From Gemmatimonadaceae bacterium (GTDB lineage: Bacteria; Gemmatimonadota; Gemmatimonadetes; Gemmatimonadales; Gemmatimonadaceae): 50,884 bases of DNA. Below are positions 28,684 through 38,137 of the stretch, piece by piece (position 1 is the stretch's first letter; every line of letters starts with the position of its first letter). Made by a program: the position numbers and the translations under genes. The notes below the pieces were generated by a model. That model searched no databases. It had not been told where the DNA came from and saw only the letters and a list, made by a program, of their open reading frames with translations. The stretch lies in assembly GCA_033763905.1 (NCBI GenBank), contig JANRJP010000123.1:1-50884 (forward strand). Reading direction: 5' to 3'.

Positions 28684-29253
28684 ATGACGTCGACTGCTTC
28701 AGTGGCTGAGCCGGTCACGGTCGTCGTCACGCGGCGTGTCCGCGCCGGTCACGACGCCGCGTACGAAGCCTGGCTGACGCGTTTGCTCGAGGACGCGCGG
28801 GGGCTTCGCGGATACCTCGGCGCGACCGTGCACCGACCGGCGGCGAATGGGCCGCGCGACTACACCAGCGTGTTCCGTTTCGATTCGGTGGAGTCGCTGC
28901 GCGCGTTCGAGACCAGTGAGCTCCGCGCCCGCGCGCTCCGCCACGTCGTGCCACACGTCGAGGCGGACGCCGCGTGGCGCACGCTCACCGGTCTCGAAAT
29001 GTGGATGCCGCCACCGGCGGGTGCCGTTGTGCCGCAGCCGTCGCGGCTGCGAATGGCGCTGCTGTTGGTCGCCGTGGTGTACGCGTTGGTCTTGAGTATC
29101 GGCTCCCTCGTCGGGCTGGTGCTGGGTGACGTCGCGTATCCGCTCCGACTGCTGGTTACGATCGTCATCGAAGTCGGCCTGATGACGTGGGTGCTGATGC
29201 CACCACTGACGCGTCGCTTGGCGGGATGGCTGTACCCTGTCGCCAAGGGCTAG
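28684..29253 (+). CDS. ABM-like (antibiotic biosynthesis monooxygenase fold) membrane protein
   Basis: N-terminal PVTVVVTRRV..G...YE.W and GYLG motifs, TGLE.W, then two C-terminal TM helices ending LMP.LTR.LA.WLY. Confidence 0.8.
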   Translation: MTSTASVAEPVTVVVTRRVRAGHDAAYEAWLTRLLEDARGLRGYLGATVHRPAANGPRDYTSVFRFDSVESLRAFETSELRARALRHVVPHVEADAAWRTLTGLEMWMPPPAGAVVPQPSRLRMALLLVAVVYALVLSIGSLVGLVLGDVAYPLRLLVTIVIEVGLMTWVLMPPLTRRLAGWLYPVAKG

Positions 29254-29343
29254 CCGCTCCCGCGCGGTCATCGTGTCCAACATCACACTCGTGGCGTGTC
29301 GTACGGCGTCGCGCGGCTTGTGGGCGTGCGCGCATCGTCGGGC

Positions 29344-29991
29344 ATGCGAATCCTATGGCCTGTCTCTCTCTTGCTCGTGAGCGCGGGGCTAACGGCGTGC
29401 ACGCACCCCGCACAGATCCACGGACCGCGCGTGCGTCCCGGCGTTCACACCGGTCTGGTGTTGCCGGTTCCGACGAAGGCGATCTCCCGCCCGAACGGTG
29501 AGAGCCGCGAGACGGTGCGCGTCTTGCCGCTCACCAGCTACGCCACGTGGTCTGGTCGGCTCGAGGAAGGCAGTCACTGGAAACCGGGGTGGCTACTGGG
29601 CGTGCACTACAGCGCAATCGACATGATTCCTCGAGGCACCGCGTACTTCGAGGTTACCAACCCCACGTCGCCGATCGCGTTGGGCGCCGGCGCGACTCTG
29701 GGGCACAACCTTGGCCAACTGTACGTGATGAGCGGTCTGGTGCACGGTAGGGCGTCGGTGTTTGGGGTCGCGCGCGCGACGTCGCACCGTGAGACACGTG
29801 AGACCGTCGACGCCACGAACGGCCCGCTCACGAGCACGACCGCAGTGGGGGGCGGATTCGAAGTCCCGTTGCTGCGGAGCATCTCGCTTCGGACGGTTGC
29901 CGAGATGACGCAGGGACGCCGCTCGCTACCGGGGGGAGGAGGCGAGATTCGGCAATGGGTGGTGACGATGGCGCTGGGGTGGCGGAACTGA
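29344..29991 (+). CDS. Hypothetical lipoprotein, possible small beta-barrel
   Basis: Lipobox GLTAC after MRILWPVSLLLVSA; alternating hydrophobic strands; ends MALGWRN. Confidence 0.55.
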   Translation: MRILWPVSLLLVSAGLTACTHPAQIHGPRVRPGVHTGLVLPVPTKAISRPNGESRETVRVLPLTSYATWSGRLEEGSHWKPGWLLGVHYSAIDMIPRGTAYFEVTNPTSPIALGAGATLGHNLGQLYVMSGLVHGRASVFGVARATSHRETRETVDATNGPLTSTTAVGGGFEVPLLRSISLRTVAEMTQGRRSLPGGGGEIRQWVVTMALGWRN

Positions 29992-29992
29992 G

Positions 29993-31123
29993 CTACGCCG
30001 CAACCTTGCGATACCGCCGTACCGCTGCCGTCAGAATCACCGTCCCGATGACACTCAATGCGCCCAGTTGCGGCAGTACATCCAGCAGTTGCGCCCCGCG
30101 GAGCATCACGGCTCGTGTCATCCCGATGAAGTGCAACAGCGGGTTCACCTGTGCAATCACCCGCACCCAGTCCGGCATTCCACGCACCGGTGTGAAGAGT
30201 CCGCTCATCAAGATGTAGACCATCAACAGCGCAAAGGTCACGAACAGTGCCTGCTGCTGCGTCTCAGTGATGGTCGAGATCCACAGTCCGACGCCGAGCG
30301 CACCAAGCAGGTAGATCGCGGCCCCCACAAGAAGCAGGACAGGCGTCCCCTCAAAAGGCACACCGAAGACCACGCGGGCGATCACCATACCAAGGCAGAA
30401 TTCGAACAAGCCGATGATCCAGAGCGGCAGCAGCTTCGCCGCAATGAACACCGAGGGGCGAATCGGTGTGACGTTCAGTTGGTCGAGCGTGCCCGCTTCC
30501 TTCTCGCGGACAATGTTGAGCGCGGTCATCAACGTGCCCACCATCGTCACCAACTGGACCAGAATCCCCGGCACCATAAAGAACCGGTAATCGAGCGACG
30601 CGTTGTACCAGCCGCGACGCTGAATCTCGATCGTCGGCGGCTGGCGGCGAACCGTCGGGATGGCACGCGGCGACGCCTCGGCGAGTTCGTCCGCATATGC
30701 CGCAATGATCTCCGCGCTGTATCCCTGCGTGATTCCCGCCTGCGAGCCGTTTACCGCATCGAACGACAGTTGTACGGTCGCCCGCCGAGCGCGCGTCAGG
30801 TCGGACGCAAATCCCGCCGGAATCGTCAGCGCCACGTCGGCGTCGCCGCGGAGCAGCGCCGCGTCGGCGGGGCCTGCGGTCGGCGACGAACCGGCAATCA
30901 CGAAGCGCCCGCTCCCGCGAAACCGCTCGATCAGGCCCTGCGACGCCGGCGTGCGGTCTTGGTCGATTACCCACAGCAGGGAGCGCTTGACCTCGAACGT
31001 CGCCGCATTGGCCAGTACCAGCAACTGTAGCACCGGCATCACCAGCAACATTCGGAGAATCACCGGGTCCCGGCGAATCTGCAGAAACTCCTTCCGGAGC
31101 AGCGCGCGCAGGGCTCGAGACAT
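29993..31123 (-). CDS. ABC-2 permease (YbhR-like)
   Basis: TGATG overlap; RKEFLQIRRD, VREKEAGTLDQL.VTP, MSGLFTP. Confidence 0.92.
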   Translation of the reverse strand: MSRALRALLRKEFLQIRRDPVILRMLLVMPVLQLLVLANAATFEVKRSLLWVIDQDRTPASQGLIERFRGSGRFVIAGSSPTAGPADAALLRGDADVALTIPAGFASDLTRARRATVQLSFDAVNGSQAGITQGYSAEIIAAYADELAEASPRAIPTVRRQPPTIEIQRRGWYNASLDYRFFMVPGILVQLVTMVGTLMTALNIVREKEAGTLDQLNVTPIRPSVFIAAKLLPLWIIGLFEFCLGMVIARVVFGVPFEGTPVLLLVGAAIYLLGALGVGLWISTITETQQQALFVTFALLMVYILMSGLFTPVRGMPDWVRVIAQVNPLLHFIGMTRAVMLRGAQLLDVLPQLGALSVIGTVILTAAVRRYRKVAA

Positions 31124-32247
31124 CACGCGAGCCGCACCGAGGTTTTGCGCACAGCGGCTGCCAGCAGCACCGCCAGCATTGCCGTCAGAATCAACAACTC
31201 GGGCCAGAGTACGCTCAGCCCTGCGCCCTTGAGCAGGGTACCACGGACGACCACGATGAACCAGCGCGCGGGGACGATATGACTCAGCACCTGGAGGGGC
31301 GCCGGCATACTCGAAATGGGGAAAATGAGTCCGGAGAGTAAGGTGCTCGGCAGCATCGTGCCTCCCAATGCCGCGAGCATCGCCGCCAACTGCGACGAGG
31401 TGACCGCCGCAATGAGCACGCCGAGCGACAGGCTGACCAGCGCAAACAGGAGACTCGCCGCCAGCAGGAACAGCAGGCTCCCTCGAAACGGAACGCCAAA
31501 CACCAGCCACGCGGCGCCCAGGATCGACAGCACGTTGATCATCGCGAGCCCCAGATAGGGAATGACCTTGCCGACGATGATCTGCCACGGGTGTAGCGGA
31601 GAGACCAGCAACACCTCGAAGGTCCCCCGCTCCTTTTCGCGCGACAGCGACAGGGCCGTCATCAGCGACGTAATCAGCGTCAGAATCAGGGCGACCAACC
31701 CGGGAACGAACAGGTTGACGCTCTCGAGCGTCGGGTTGTAGCGCATTCTCACGCGCGTCTCGAGTCGCATCGCGCCGGGTCTGGCCCCGATCGCCGCCGA
31801 CCAGTCGCGCAGCACCGCCGTCGCGTAGTTCTGCATCGTCGTCCCCGTGTTGGGGTCCGACGCATCGGCCACCACCAGGACCTGCAGCGGCTCGCCCTGC
31901 TGGAGTCGCTCCGCCACGTTCGACGGCAGGATGACTCCGACATCCACGCCGGCTCGCCGAAACTCCTTTTCGAGCGAGGCAGCATCGGCGACCGGTGGCA
32001 GCAGGTCAAATCGCCCACTGTGCGCGAATCGCGTCCGCAGGGCCGCCACCGCAGCATCGGGTGAGGGTGCGACGAGCCCCACGCGCACCCGCGAAATGTC
32101 CGTGCGAACGGCAAAGCCAAAGAGCACCAACTGTGCCACGGGGAGCAGGAGCAGAATCGCCAGTGTCTGCCGGTCCCGCAGCAAGTGCCGAAACTCCTTG
32201 CGCACGAAAGCGAACAGCGCGCTCAGCGTCGGTGCCGCGGCACGCAT
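31123..32247 (-). CDS. ABC-2 permease (YbhS-like)
   Basis: RKEFRHLLRD, YNP.L, REKERGTFE.LLVSP, LSGLIFPI.SMP. Confidence 0.92.
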   Translation of the reverse strand: MRAAAPTLSALFAFVRKEFRHLLRDRQTLAILLLLPVAQLVLFGFAVRTDISRVRVGLVAPSPDAAVAALRTRFAHSGRFDLLPPVADAASLEKEFRRAGVDVGVILPSNVAERLQQGEPLQVLVVADASDPNTGTTMQNYATAVLRDWSAAIGARPGAMRLETRVRMRYNPTLESVNLFVPGLVALILTLITSLMTALSLSREKERGTFEVLLVSPLHPWQIIVGKVIPYLGLAMINVLSILGAAWLVFGVPFRGSLLFLLAASLLFALVSLSLGVLIAAVTSSQLAAMLAALGGTMLPSTLLSGLIFPISSMPAPLQVLSHIVPARWFIVVVRGTLLKGAGLSVLWPELLILTAMLAVLLAAAVRKTSVRLA

Positions 32248-32993
32248 CAGGCGTTCGCTCCAGCGGACCCGCGCGCCAGCTGCACGAACAAGTCGTCCAG
32301 CGTTCGTACGCCGTGCTGCGCCTTGAGATCGCCGGGCGTCCCGAGGGCCGCAATGCGACCGTCGACCATAATCGACATCCGGTCGCAGTACTCGGCTTCA
32401 TCCAGATAGTGCGTGGTCACGAACACCGTCGTGCCCCGTGCGGCCGCAGCGTAGATCAGCTCCCAGAACTGTCGGCGAGTAATGGGATCGACACCGCCGG
32501 TGGGTTCGTCGAGAAACACCACCGATGGCTCGTGCAGCAGGGCCACCGAAAAAGCGAGCTTCTGTTTCCATCCCAGCGGCAGGGCGCGCACGAACGCATC
32601 GCCCGACGCCAAGAAATCGAGATCGCGCAACATTCGGTCGCCTCGCGCGCGAATCGCGGCGTCGTCGAGCCCGTAGATGCCGCCGTACAGCGCGATGTTC
32701 TCACGCACCGTCAGGTCGTCGTACAGCGAGAAGCGCTGACTCATATAGCCGATCCGGCTACGGAGGGTCTCCGTCTCGCTGCGCACGTTGCACCCCGCGA
32801 CAACCGCCTCACCGTCGCTGGGAGCCAGCAGCCCGATCAGCATCCGGATCGCCGTGGTCTTGCCCGCGCCGTTCGCGCCGAGGAAGCCGAAGACTTCGCC
32901 CTGCGCGACGTCGAAGGAGATACCGTCGACGGCCGTGAAGTCTCCGAAGCGCCGCGTCAACGCGCGCGCGACGATGGCGTGGCCGGTGGTCAC
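32247..32993 (-). CDS. ABC ATP-binding protein (like the C-terminal half of YbhF)
   Basis: GANGAGKT, degenerate signature LPLGWKQKL, FLDEPTGGVDP, TTHY. Confidence 0.93.
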   Translation of the reverse strand: MTTGHAIVARALTRRFGDFTAVDGISFDVAQGEVFGFLGANGAGKTTAIRMLIGLLAPSDGEAVVAGCNVRSETETLRSRIGYMSQRFSLYDDLTVRENIALYGGIYGLDDAAIRARGDRMLRDLDFLASGDAFVRALPLGWKQKLAFSVALLHEPSVVFLDEPTGGVDPITRRQFWELIYAAAARGTTVFVTTHYLDEAEYCDRMSIMVDGRIAALGTPGDLKAQHGVRTLDDLFVQLARGSAGANA

Positions 32994-33931
32994 GCCGCGC
33001 TCGTCTCCGACGGGCGACCCATCAGCTCGATGAAGGTGTCTTCGATCCCCGGTGAGATAGGCGTCGCCGAGACATCGTCCAGGCCCGAGCTCCGCAGGGC
33101 CCCTTCGAGCGCGGACGCAACCTGCACGGCCGAGAGGCCCGTCCGTCGATCACTCACGTGCACGGTCTCGCCGAACGGCCAGGCAGACGCCACGTCGGGG
33201 AGGGCTCGCAGCGTTTGCAACAGGGCGAATCGATTCGCCGCCCGTACAGCCACCAACGGCCGAGGGAACTGCTCGCCGATCTGCGCGGGCGGCGCGATCG
33301 CCAACACGCGACCGCTTTGCATCAGCGCCACCCGGTCACACCGCGATGCTTCATCCATATAGGGCGTCGAGACGACGATCGTCAGGCCGTCGGACGACAG
33401 CCGCGCGAGCAGATCCCAGAATTCGCGTCTCGACACGGCGTCGACACCCGTGGTGGGCTCATCCAGGAAGAGGATGTCCGGGCGGTGCACCAGCGCGCAG
33501 GACAGCGCCAGCTTCTGCTTCATCCCGCCGGACAGCGCGCCGGCGCGGCGCGTCTTGAACGGCTCAATCTGCTGGTAGATCGGGGCAATGAGCGCGTAGC
33601 CCTCGTCGACCGACGTGCCGAACACCGACGCGAAGAACCCGAGGTTCTCTTCCACGCTGAGGTCCGCGTACAGGGCGAAGCGTCCGGGCATATAGCCGAT
33701 GCGCCGTCGCAGCGACCAGAGGTCGCGCGTCACGTCCTGGCCGAGGACGGTCGCGTGGCCAGCGTCGGGAAGAAGCAGGGTGGTGAGCACGCGGAAGAGC
33801 GTGGTCTTGCCGCCACCGTCCGGGCCTACGAGTCCGAACAGCTCGCCAGGCTCGACATCGAATGACACGCCGTCGAGCGCGGTCACGTCGCCGAAGCGTT
33901 TCGCGAGTGCACGAACCGACACGGCTGTCAC
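32990..33931 (-). CDS. ABC ATP-binding protein (like the N-terminal half of YbhF)
   Basis: GTGA overlap; GPDGGGKT, LSGGMKQKL, FLDEPTTGVD, STPYMDEA. Confidence 0.93.
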   Translation of the reverse strand: MTAVSVRALAKRFGDVTALDGVSFDVEPGELFGLVGPDGGGKTTLFRVLTTLLLPDAGHATVLGQDVTRDLWSLRRRIGYMPGRFALYADLSVEENLGFFASVFGTSVDEGYALIAPIYQQIEPFKTRRAGALSGGMKQKLALSCALVHRPDILFLDEPTTGVDAVSRREFWDLLARLSSDGLTIVVSTPYMDEASRCDRVALMQSGRVLAIAPPAQIGEQFPRPLVAVRAANRFALLQTLRALPDVASAWPFGETVHVSDRRTGLSAVQVASALEGALRSSGLDDVSATPISPGIEDTFIELMGRPSETSAA

Positions 33932-34848
33932 CGGGCCGCACCGGTCCCGGAGGCCGGCGTCGTGAACGCGACGTCGGCGGGCATCCCGATCTTGAGAGCG
34001 CCGTCGGGGTTGGCGACCCGGAGCTTCACGGCGTAGACCAGCTCCGCACGCTCGTCTCGCGTCTGCACCGGTGTCGGCGTGAACTCGGCTCGGCTCGCGA
34101 TCCAAGTGACCACCCCGGCTCGCTCGGCGACGGCGCCGTCGGCGGCGTCGATGTGTACGGTGGCCGCTCCGCCGAGTCGTACCTGTGACAACTGGGCGCC
34201 CGACACATAGACCCGCAGCGTCAGGGTATCGAGATTGGCGATGCGGTAAAGCGGCTGCCCCACTTGGACGATCTCGCCTGCGCGGACGTACTGCGCCAGC
34301 ACGGTGCCCCGCACGGGGTTGGTGATCGTGGTGCGCCGGAGCCGATCGGTCACTGCGGCGAGACGTGCGGAGAGGGCGTTGCGTTCGGCATCCAGCCGTT
34401 GCAGGCCCAGTGCGGCCGCACTGGCCTGCGACGAGAGCACGCGGACATCGCGTTCCGCCTGATCGCGCTGCTGCGCCGTCGCCGACCCTGCCGTGTACAA
34501 TTGCTGCACGCGTGTCCAGGTACGCCCCGCGATCTCCCGCTGGGCGCTCAAGCCCTCGAGCTGCTGTGCGGCTTCGGCACGGGCGCTCACCAGCGCCTCG
34601 CGCTGCGCGAGCAGCTGGGTGCGTTCGAGCCCGAGCTGCACGGAGTCGACCAAGCCCACGGCCTCGCCGATGTCGAGGGATGCCCCCTCAGTCACGCGCA
34701 AGGTGCGCAGCTGCCCGTTCGTCTCGGAGGCGATCACCAGTTCGTCGGCTTCGAAGTTGCCGTAGGCGTCAGGGCCGTCGGCGTCTCGGCACGCCGTGGA
34801 CAACATCAGCGCGCCAAGCGCGCATCGGATCGTGGAGTGCATCGACAT
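33928..34848 (-). CDS. HlyD-family periplasmic adaptor (YbhG-like), lipoprotein
   Basis: TGATG overlap; LSTAC lipobox; GNFEA, lipoyl halves around a helical hairpin, AEFTP..VQT..ER..LVY.VK, LKIGMP. Confidence 0.92.
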   Translation of the reverse strand: MSMHSTIRCALGALMLSTACRDADGPDAYGNFEADELVIASETNGQLRTLRVTEGASLDIGEAVGLVDSVQLGLERTQLLAQREALVSARAEAAQQLEGLSAQREIAGRTWTRVQQLYTAGSATAQQRDQAERDVRVLSSQASAAALGLQRLDAERNALSARLAAVTDRLRRTTITNPVRGTVLAQYVRAGEIVQVGQPLYRIANLDTLTLRVYVSGAQLSQVRLGGAATVHIDAADGAVAERAGVVTWIASRAEFTPTPVQTRDERAELVYAVKLRVANPDGALKIGMPADVAFTTPASGTGAAR

Positions 34849-36128
34849 CAGCGGACCTCGCGGCCGATGGTGGTGAGGTAGCGGGCGCGCGCTTCCGCGA
34901 GGCGGATGCGGCGCGCGTCGCGGTCGAGCTGCGCCGACAGCAGTTCCGTCTGTCGCGCGACGTAGTCTGCGGTCGTGGCCTCGCCGGCATCGACACGTTG
35001 CCGCGTTTCGTCGGCCACTTGGGTCCGGAGCGCAATGATGGCATCGTCGGAGCCAAGACCGGCGGCAAGCGCGGCAATGCGTGCGCGATCCGCGGTTGCG
35101 GCGCGGGCGATGCCGTCCGCGAAGGCCGCTTCGCGCGTGGCGAGGATCTCGGCCTGCAACACCTGCACTTCGCGGTCGCGCCGGACGGCGCCCCAGTTCC
35201 ACGGCGACCACTCGACCTGGAGTCCGGCGACGTAGTAGGTGTCGAACGACCGCCCGAGGGCATTGAGTCCGGGACGGCCGTACCCAGTGCGCCCCGTGAG
35301 GGACACGCGCGGGAGCGTCTGCGCGCTGGTGAGTTGCGCTCGCGCATCGATGGCCGAGCGCGCACCCGCGAACTGCGCGAAATCGGGTCGATCGCGGCCC
35401 GGCGCGGGGAGTACCGAGTCGACGGTGGGTAGTTCGAGCACGGTAGTGGCGGAGACCGGTCGGCCGATGAGGGACGAGAGTACGGCGCGCGCCGCGTCCT
35501 GCTCGGCGAGGAGCTCGGTCTGCGTCTGCGCGCGCTTGGCGAGCTCGGCGTTCAGGAGGGCGACATCGCTGCTGAGTGCGGATCCCGCCGCGACCCGCGC
35601 AGCGGCGACGCGTCGGCGCTCGGTCAGATCCACGACCGAGGCGCGGAGCGTCGAGAGCTGCGACTCGCGCAGCAGCATCGCGAAGAACACGTCGCTGACC
35701 AGCTGTCGTTGCTGCCACAGCGTACTGCGGACGCCGGCGCTCGCTTCGGCAAGCTGTGCCCGTTCCAGAGCCGCACGCCGAGGCGCGGCAGGATCGACGA
35801 CCGGCTGTCGGACGCTGGCGTAGAGATCGTACTGATGATTCAGCGGCCCGAAGCCGCCGGGAATCGGCACCTGGGCGACGTCGGACAGATAGTGACCCGT
35901 GGCGGTGAGGCCGACCTGGGGCAGCGTTCGCTCGGTGCGGAGGCTGGCCAAGCGCAGCTCGGTTTGCCGCGCGAGGAGCACCGACTGGGCCGCGCGAGGG
36001 TCGGCACGTTCGGCGAGCTGCTGAATGACGGCGAGTCGCAGCGTATCTGGTGCCGACTGCGCCCGCACCACGCCGCTCGCGATGCTTAGCGCGAGCGCGA
36101 CGGCGCAGGGAAGCCTGGTGGCGGTCAC
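34848..36128 (-). CDS. TolC-family outer-membrane efflux protein
   Basis: Signal peptide; two repeated halves with LPQVGL and LPRVSL strands; long amphipathic helices; operon context. Confidence 0.9.
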   Translation of the reverse strand: MTATRLPCAVALALSIASGVVRAQSAPDTLRLAVIQQLAERADPRAAQSVLLARQTELRLASLRTERTLPQVGLTATGHYLSDVAQVPIPGGFGPLNHQYDLYASVRQPVVDPAAPRRAALERAQLAEASAGVRSTLWQQRQLVSDVFFAMLLRESQLSTLRASVVDLTERRRVAAARVAAGSALSSDVALLNAELAKRAQTQTELLAEQDAARAVLSSLIGRPVSATTVLELPTVDSVLPAPGRDRPDFAQFAGARSAIDARAQLTSAQTLPRVSLTGRTGYGRPGLNALGRSFDTYYVAGLQVEWSPWNWGAVRRDREVQVLQAEILATREAAFADGIARAATADRARIAALAAGLGSDDAIIALRTQVADETRQRVDAGEATTADYVARQTELLSAQLDRDARRIRLAEARARYLTTIGREVR

Positions 36129-36784
36129 GGCCGCAGCGCGTTGAGGATGAATCGCGGCAGTTCCGTGCGTCGTTCGTCGAGGAACTGTTCGAAGGTGTCG
36201 CCACTCAGCCCCAGAGCGCGATCAAGGATCGGCTTGGCGATGAAGGGGAAGACGGTCAGCGCCATCACGTTCACCATCAGTTGCCGCGGGCTCATCGGAC
36301 GAAGCGTGCCCGCGGCGACGCGTTCGTCGATCTCACCTTGGACGCGGGCGAGCATCAGGGCGGCTACGTCGGCTGGGATGACGCCAAAGGCCGCGCGGAG
36401 GAGTTGGTCGGCCCGCTCGGGATGCTGATGGGCCTCACTCAACACGTACGCCGGGATGAACGGCGCCCGACGCACGGCATCGATGTAGCCGGTGACGAGG
36501 TGCTCGATCATTGCTTCGAGCGACAGCCCGTCGATAGGGGCCCCCAGAAACGCGCGCCCGACGAGTTGCGCGGACTCGATGAACACGCGTTCGGCGAGCG
36601 CGTCTTTCGACCCGAAGTAGTAGTGCACCAGGGCCTGATTCACGCCGGCTTCGGCGGCGATGTCCTGCACCCGCGCGCCGCTGGTGCCTTTTCGGGTGAA
36701 GACCCGTCGGGCGGCGTCGAGAATGCGGCTTTCGGTGTCGGCGTCGCGGGTCTTCGGGGCCGACGGTCCGGAGGCGGTATTCAT
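36125..36784 (-). CDS. TetR/AcrR family regulator
   Basis: RILDAARRVF..KG...ARVQDIAAEAGVNQALVHYYFGSK. Confidence 0.95.
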   Translation of the reverse strand: MNTASGPSAPKTRDADTESRILDAARRVFTRKGTSGARVQDIAAEAGVNQALVHYYFGSKDALAERVFIESAQLVGRAFLGAPIDGLSLEAMIEHLVTGYIDAVRRAPFIPAYVLSEAHQHPERADQLLRAAFGVIPADVAALMLARVQGEIDERVAAGTLRPMSPRQLMVNVMALTVFPFIAKPILDRALGLSGDTFEQFLDERRTELPRFILNALRP

Positions 36785-36815
36785 TGGATGCGCTAAGTGG
36801 AGGCGGGTCGGTGTC

Positions 36816-36853
36816 TTAACTTTATAGTTAAATCAAATAGTTAAATCTGTCAA
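36816..36853 (-). promoter_or_regulatory. AT-rich promoter/operator of the TetR efflux operon
   Basis: TTGACA on minus strand (36853-36848); direct repeat ATAGTTAAATC at 36824-36834 and 36837-36847; palindrome TTAACT-TTAT-AGTTAA at 36816-36831. Confidence 0.7.
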
Positions 36854-36928
36854 TGCGTTGCCCGCCGACCGCCGACGTACCCGACTAACCCTATGTTTCT
36901 ATTGTACTTACGTAAAATCGGCGCGCCG

Positions 36929-38137
36929 CTAGTCTCGCGCCGGGGGCTTTATGCCGTACCGAGCCAACACCTCTCGCACTCGATCGAGCGGGATCGCCTC
37001 GACCGTCCGCCCGTTCGCCGACACACTCGTTGCCGCGAACAACGAGTTGTAGATCGCCTCCTCGGTCGCCTCCACCACCGCCTGAAACACGGCGGACATC
37101 GCCTCGTTGCCGAGCTCGGTGGTTTGCATCCGCTCCGACGCGGACGCGCGCCGAACGGTCGGTGCCGTCGAGAACGCCAGCGCGTAGTCGCCGCTGCCAT
37201 TCGACGCGCTCGATCCTGTGCGACCCAGCCCCATCATCGTGCGCGCCGCGACGCGCGACAAATTGCGATCGGACAACGGCGCATCGGTGGCCACGATGAT
37301 GATCACACTGCCGTCGCCACCGTCGGTGTTCGTGACGTCCTTGAACGCGTAGCGGCCAAGCGCCTTGCCGACCGGCGCACCCATCACCTGCAGCACGCCA
37401 CCGAAGTTCGTCTGCACCAGCACGCCAAGCGTGAACCCGCCAAGCGACGCCGGCAGCACGCGCGAGCTCGTACCGATGCCACCCTTCCAGCCAAAGGCCA
37501 CGGTGCCGGTACCTGCGCCAACCGTGCCCTCGGCCACTGGACCCGCGCTGGCGTTCTCGAGAACAGTCACCACATCGGCCGATCGCACCGGACGCGAACG
37601 AATGGCATTGAGCGCGCCGTCGTTCGTCTCGCCCACCACGGGGTTGATCGATCGCACGCGCTCCATTCCCGGCCGCGCCAGCATCCACTCGGTCAGCGCA
37701 TCCGCCACGCGCCACACGCAGAGTGTGCACGTCAGGACGATCGGCGTCTCGAGCTCGCCGAGTTCACGCAGTTGTGTCGCGCCGACAAACTTGCCGAAGC
37801 CGTTCCCGACGTGCAGCGCAGCCGGCACGCGTGACAGAAACGGATTCTCCGCGTGTGGCAGAATCGCGGTGAGTCCGGTGCGAATGGAGTCGCCTTCAAT
37901 GCGTGTCACCTGACCCACGCGGACGCCCGCGACATCGGTGATGCCGTTGAGCGGACCCGGCCTGAACACGCCTGGCGCGACGCCGAGATCACGCGCGCGA
38001 GCGCGCGGCGCCGGTTGCACCGACGGCTGCGCTGCGGCCCGCGGCGCACCGGCAGTGAGCATCGCGGCGACAGTCAGTAGCGCACGCAGCCGACGTTCGA
38101 CGACACCACGACGACGAGAATTCCCGCTTACCGCCAT
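36929..38137 (-). CDS. P1/DmpA family aminopeptidase, secreted
   Basis: RARARDLG..PG...PGPLNGITDV.GV.VG, NGFGK, PVVGETND, EG.VGAGTG, autoprocessing GDGS, NGSGD; start codon uncertain. Confidence 0.92.
   Translation of the reverse strand: MAVSGNSRRRGVVERRLRALLTVAAMLTAGAPRAAAQPSVQPAPRARARDLGVAPGVFRPGPLNGITDVAGVRVGQVTRIEGDSIRTGLTAILPHAENPFLSRVPAALHVGNGFGKFVGATQLRELGELETPIVLTCTLCVWRVADALTEWMLARPGMERVRSINPVVGETNDGALNAIRSRPVRSADVVTVLENASAGPVAEGTVGAGTGTVAFGWKGGIGTSSRVLPASLGGFTLGVLVQTNFGGVLQVMGAPVGKALGRYAFKDVTNTDGGDGSVIIIVATDAPLSDRNLSRVAARTMMGLGRTGSSASNGSGDYALAFSTAPTVRRASASERMQTTELGNEAMSAVFQAVVEATEEAIYNSLFAATSVSANGRTVEAIPLDRVREVLARYGIKPPARD

Noticed and set aside
29344..32993. Somewhat lower GC suggesting a genomic island
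   Set aside because: No integrase, tRNA or flanking repeats seen; membrane-protein composition may explain it; not quantified
33928..36204. Long N-terminal extensions in the ORF track suggesting fusions (HlyD 758 aa, S41 643 aa, AKR 713 aa, Vps10 1213 aa)
   Set aside because: The extensions overlap neighbouring genes; internal starts with RBS, signal peptide or stop/start overlap explain the real proteins
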